From an uncultured Pirellulaceae bacterium (GTDB lineage Bacteria > Planctomycetota > Planctomycetia > Pirellulales > Pirellulaceae), in NCBI GenBank assembly GCA_964567745.1, contig CAZMNY010000011.1, positions 70,159 to 134,158 of the forward strand: a stretch of DNA of 64,000 nucleotides, given 5' to 3'. The position numbers and the translations under genes are program-made. The number at the start of each line of letters is the position of its first letter. Position 1 is the first letter of the stretch. Shown piece by piece: positions 60,305-64,000 of this stretch. The notes under the pieces are model-generated. The model saw nothing but the letters and a program-made list of their open reading frames with translations, did not search any database and was not told the DNA's origin.

Positions 60305-60916
60305 ATGAAACGTATCGTGATTGCAGGCGTTCTCGGTGCCGTCGTGGTTTACGTTTGGAACATGATGGCCTGGATGGCGTTGCCGCTCCACACTCCCACG
60401 ATCGAAAGGATACCCGACGAGTCGGCGCTTACCGACACGCTCAAGGGGCAGCAATTGGAGACTGGCGTTTACGTCGCGCCGGGCGGCGAAGAGGCGGACA
60501 TGTCGGATCCAGACTCGGAGTTCAGCAAACGACATAACGCCGGGCCGATCTACGTGCTCGTCTACCAAAAAGAAGGGGCACCCGTGATGGGGCCCAAAGT
60601 GCTCCTTGGCGGATTCCTCATCGATCTTCTCGCAGCGTCCCTGGTCGCCTGCATGTTGCAATGCGCCGCGGGAGGTTGTTGCTGCAATGGGTACTTAGCG
60701 CGAGTTGGGTTTGTCGCCGGGTTCGGCGTGTTCGTCGCTTTGGTTGGTCATCTGAGTTACCTGAATTGGATGTCGTTCCCTTTAGGTTATACGATCGTTT
60801 TTTGTGTCGACGTGATCGTTGGCTGGACGCTTGCCGGGCTCGCCATTGCTGCGGTGATCAAGCCGATCAATGGCGGCAAACAGGACGGTCAAGAGAAGAC
60901 CGTCGCTTTGGATTGA
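60305..60916 (+). CDS. Hypothetical polytopic membrane protein with CAAGGCCCNGY Cys cluster
   Basis: ATG at 60305 (MKRIVIAGVLGAVVVYVW). Ends 2 nt before the start of the MBL-fold gene. Confidence 0.5.
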   Translation: MKRIVIAGVLGAVVVYVWNMMAWMALPLHTPTIERIPDESALTDTLKGQQLETGVYVAPGGEEADMSDPDSEFSKRHNAGPIYVLVYQKEGAPVMGPKVLLGGFLIDLLAASLVACMLQCAAGGCCCNGYLARVGFVAGFGVFVALVGHLSYLNWMSFPLGYTIVFCVDVIVGWTLAGLAIAAVIKPINGGKQDGQEKTVALD

Positions 60917-60918
60917 CG

Positions 60919-61920
60919 ATGCCGATGAACGACCTGAAAGTAACTCGCCGCCGAGCGATCGCGGCCACGCTGGGCCTGTGTTGCTCTGGCGCCTCGCTCT
61001 GTGACGGCCAAGCTGAGTCGCCAAAAGAGACGCCAAAAGATTCACCTTTCTTGGTTGTGCTCGGCGTGGCTCAAGACGCCGGTTACCCGCAGGCCGGTTG
61101 TCTGAAAGACTGTTGCCAAGCGGCTCGCAGCAATCCCAAACTCAGACGGTTCGCCACGTCTTTCGGCATTGTTGACCCGAAGTCGCGACAGCGGTGGATG
61201 ATCGAATGTACGCCGAACTTTCCTGGTCAATTGAGCTTGCTCGATGAGGAGGCGCCGGTTCGAACCGCACGCGGCGTCTCGGCACCTGGACTCGACGGCA
61301 TCCTGTTGACCCACGCCCACATCGGGCACTACGCCGGTCTGATTCACTTGGGCCGTGAAGTCATTGGCGCCAAGAAAACAAATGTTTTCGCGATGCCTCG
61401 CATGGCGTCATTTCTGCGCAACAACGGTCCCTGGGGCCAACTCGTTCGGCTCGAACAGATTGTCTTGCAGTCGCTCGCCGCTGACAGATCCCGTCCATTG
61501 AACAGCCGGATCGGAGTCACGCCCATTCTTGTGCCGCATCGCGACGAGTACTCTGAGACAGTCGGGTTCATCGTCAAAGGCCCCAGCAGGTCCGCCTTGG
61601 TCTTGCCGGACATCGACAAATGGGGTCGCTGGCGAACTCGAATCGAAGACGTGCTGGCCCAAGTCGACGTCGCTTATCTCGACGGAACGTTTTTTGCGAA
61701 CGGTGAGTTGCCGGGTCGAGACATGTCAAAGATTCCCCACCCATTCATATCTGAGAGCATGAGGCGTTTCGCTCCGCTCGCCGACGAAGAACGGGCCAAA
61801 GTGCGCTTCATCCACTTCAACCACACCAACCCTGCATTGCAGAGCGACTCCAATGCCGCGGATACAATTCGTCGCCGAGGCCATCAGGTCGCAGTGCAGG
61901 GTGAACGATTCAGCTTGTAG
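60919..61920 (+). CDS. MBL-fold metallo-hydrolase (PqqB-like) with twin-arginine signal
   Basis: ATG at 60919 gives MPMNDLKVTRRRAIAATLGLCCSGA (Tat motif). LTHAHIGHYAGL metallo-beta-lactamase motif. Confidence 0.7.
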   Translation: MPMNDLKVTRRRAIAATLGLCCSGASLCDGQAESPKETPKDSPFLVVLGVAQDAGYPQAGCLKDCCQAARSNPKLRRFATSFGIVDPKSRQRWMIECTPNFPGQLSLLDEEAPVRTARGVSAPGLDGILLTHAHIGHYAGLIHLGREVIGAKKTNVFAMPRMASFLRNNGPWGQLVRLEQIVLQSLAADRSRPLNSRIGVTPILVPHRDEYSETVGFIVKGPSRSALVLPDIDKWGRWRTRIEDVLAQVDVAYLDGTFFANGELPGRDMSKIPHPFISESMRRFAPLADEERAKVRFIHFNHTNPALQSDSNAADTIRRRGHQVAVQGERFSL

Positions 61921-62305
61921 CTGACGCTATGAACTGCTTGCGGAACCGCTCCATCCGCTTTCGATTGACGCCGAAGTCGGATACGCCCGTACGCGACGCG
62001 CTTCGAAAGTGAATCGTCTGCGACGCCGGTTCGACGACGAACTCAACGTCATCAACGAAGCGAAAGAGTCGAGAACGATATACGGCTCGCAGGTAACTCT
62101 TCGTTCGCTCAACAATCGATCCGCCCGTTTGTTCAACGACGAAAGCGATTTGCGACATCACCTCTTCTGAGTCGAAATCAGCCCCGCTCTCGAACTTGCC
62201 CTTGGCTAATCCAATCGGTCGAATCGCGTGCCGGTCGTCAGTCGCTGTTGTGCAGACACAATTCGACTTGTCCGGGCATGGCTCGAGTCGCTGGATTCCA
62301 CTCAT
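61910..62305 (-). CDS. DUF1499 family protein
   Basis: CPDKSNCVCT...RSASRTGVSDFGVNRKRMERFR pattern of DUF1499. ATG at 62305 (TTG at 62329 alternative). Confidence 0.6.
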   Translation of the reverse strand: MSGIQRLEPCPDKSNCVCTTATDDRHAIRPIGLAKGKFESGADFDSEEVMSQIAFVVEQTGGSIVERTKSYLRAVYRSRLFRFVDDVEFVVEPASQTIHFRSASRTGVSDFGVNRKRMERFRKQFIASATS

Positions 62306-62379
62306 CGCGATGCTTGCCCTGAGTTTCAAATCTTTCGTGCTGAGTCGTTGGCGAACAAGTGGTGGCGATTGGGCGTCGA

Positions 62380-63522
62380 CTAGCCGACGGCGACTTCTTC
62401 TCCGACCGTCCAGTCCGACGGCGAATCCGGGTTGCGAATAACTCGGCGATAGACCGTGTCGCGCTCGACCGGTTCGCGTCCCGCTTCGACGATCAATTGA
62501 CGGATATCCTCGACGGATAAAACCTCGGGTGTCGTGGCACCGGCGTCGTGGTAAATCAACTCGTGGCGGACCGTTCCATCAATGTCATCGGCGCCGTACG
62601 AGAGCGCGGCTTGCGCGGTGCCAATTCCGAGCATGATCCAATAGGCTTTGATGTGCGGGATGTTGTCGAGCATCAGACGGCTAACGGCAATCGTCCGCAG
62701 GTCCATGATCGCGGACGGCTTCTTGATGTGGTCGAGTCCCGTGTTGTCGGGATGAAAGGCAAGCGGGATGAACGTTTGAAAACCGCCTGTTTCATCCTGC
62801 AGTTCGCGCAGTCGAATCAAGTGATCGATCCTATGAAAAGCGTTTTCGATGTGCCCGTAAAGCATGGTGCAATTGGTTTTGATCCCCATGCCGTGGGCGG
62901 TTCGATGAATGTTCAGCCAATTGTTGGCGTCGGACTTATGCTCGCAGATCTCGTCGCGAACCTCCGGATGAAAGATTTCGGCACCACCGCCAGGCATGCT
63001 GCCAAGCCCGGCGTCGAGCAAGTCTTCGAGGATTTCTCTGACCGATTTTTTCGTTAGGAATTCAAACCAGTTGATCTCCACGCCCGTCCAAGCTTTCAGG
63101 TGTAACTTGGGATATGCGTCATGAAGGATTTGCACCAAGTTGACGTACCATTCGTACGGCATCTTGTGGTGCAAGCCGCCGACAATGTGCAGTTCGGTGC
63201 AGCCATTGGCCACTGCTTCGGCGCCTCGAGCCAGAATCTGCTCGTCGGACATGCGATAGCCTTTGGGGTCGCGCAAGTCGGCGCGAAAGGCGCAGAAGAT
63301 ACAGCGATAAACGCAAACATTAGTCGCGTTCAGATGAGTATTGATGTTGTAGTAGCCGAAGTTGCCATTCACCCGTTCGCGGACAAGATTGGCCAGCTCA
63401 CCCACTTCGTGCAGCGGGGTCGTCGGTTCGTACAGAAACAGACCATCGTCCATCGTAAGCCGTTCGCCAGCTTCGACTTTGGCTCGAATCGATTGCATCG
63501 TGGGTCCGGCCGAGCCATTCAT
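62380..63522 (-). CDS. mqnC: Radical-SAM menaquinone (futalosine pathway) enzyme, MqnC/MqnE family
   Basis: CxxxCxxC motif NVCVYRCIFCAF, 380 aa, full-length similarity to cyclic dehydroxyfutalosine / aminofutalosine synthases. Confidence 0.8.
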   Translation of the reverse strand: MNGSAGPTMQSIRAKVEAGERLTMDDGLFLYEPTTPLHEVGELANLVRERVNGNFGYYNINTHLNATNVCVYRCIFCAFRADLRDPKGYRMSDEQILARGAEAVANGCTELHIVGGLHHKMPYEWYVNLVQILHDAYPKLHLKAWTGVEINWFEFLTKKSVREILEDLLDAGLGSMPGGGAEIFHPEVRDEICEHKSDANNWLNIHRTAHGMGIKTNCTMLYGHIENAFHRIDHLIRLRELQDETGGFQTFIPLAFHPDNTGLDHIKKPSAIMDLRTIAVSRLMLDNIPHIKAYWIMLGIGTAQAALSYGADDIDGTVRHELIYHDAGATTPEVLSVEDIRQLIVEAGREPVERDTVYRRVIRNPDSPSDWTVGEEVAVG

Positions 63523-63704
63523 CTTCGATCGCTTTCAAAACGGAGTTCATCGTCACCTTGGGAGAGTCGACTGCGGCTCTCCTCTCTGACTAACCGTGGA
63601 GTTTAGGGCCGAATTAACAGGCTGTCCACGGGACGCGAAAGGGCGGCGGTCGGCGCGATCAGCCACCGGTCGATACGAAATCGAGAATAAGTCATGATGT
63701 TTAC

Positions 63705-63864
63705 ACCTGTTGGGCGAAGCGCAACCTCATCGTAGCCCAGGGCAGAGCCAGACGTGAGTGAAACGAGCGTCGGCGGTGCCCTGGGTATTGGGTGCCGAGT
63801 GGATCGGCCGAGCGCGTGCTCGTGTTTTGAAGGGCCGGTTCGCCGAGGCCGAAACGAGACCGGC
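63705..63864. repeat. Dispersed repeats: inverted copy of family C (63705..63795) and of the gccggtctcatttcggcctcggcgaa element (63835..63864)
   Basis: Reverse-complement matches to 44042-44131 and to 43971-44000 / 44755-44784. Track ORF 63701..63940 is repeat-derived. Confidence 0.7.
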
Positions 63865-64000
63865 CCGGCATCGTGTGGAATCGATGGATTACGGTCAACG
63901 TACCGCTCGAACGAGCCCCTTCCCTAACAACAAAACTCAATTGGCCGCTTTGATGATGCGAATCGTGATTTCCGCCAACTTGCGGATCTCTTCATCACCG

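Overview
High-GC (~60%) chromosomal segment that reads like a Planctomycetota (Pirellulaceae/Rhodopirellula-like) genome. Lineage hints are a Piru_Ver N-terminal dehydrogenase/HEAT/CxxCH protein, DUF1080, SHD1, many FG-GAP/VCBS/ASPIC proteins, HEAT and TPR proteins, and lipobox/secreted proteins. Coding density is high. Housekeeping genes present: guaB, proC, efp, coaE, rho, ribH-nusB, ftsY, an mqnC/E-type radical-SAM enzyme, a DnaA-family protein, and the selenocysteine machinery selB-selA. No rRNA, tRNA or CRISPR array was found. Most interesting is a short SelW/Rdx-type selenoprotein gene with an in-frame TGA (CxxU motif) on the minus strand at 23107..23340, invisible to the ORF track and about 6 kb from selA/selB. 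Two further genes are interrupted by in-frame TGA codons: a CRTAC1-like FG-GAP/ASPIC gene and an N-terminally truncated DUF418 gene. A roughly 1 kb non-coding region (43840..44830) is packed with REP-like palindromes and IS630-type miniature inverted-repeat elements (MITEs). An identical 108-bp MITE copy sits inverted at the ftsY stop codon about 14 kb away, and the same repeat families recur at 25191, 29521 and 63705..63864. Other notable items: an Arg-type (EarP-class) EF-P, a peroxiredoxin / cytochrome c / Cu-monooxygenase fusion protein, a soluble diadenylate cyclase with an unusual N-domain, a kinase N-lobe-only TPR protein, and an SPFH/YbjN-like two-gene operon.
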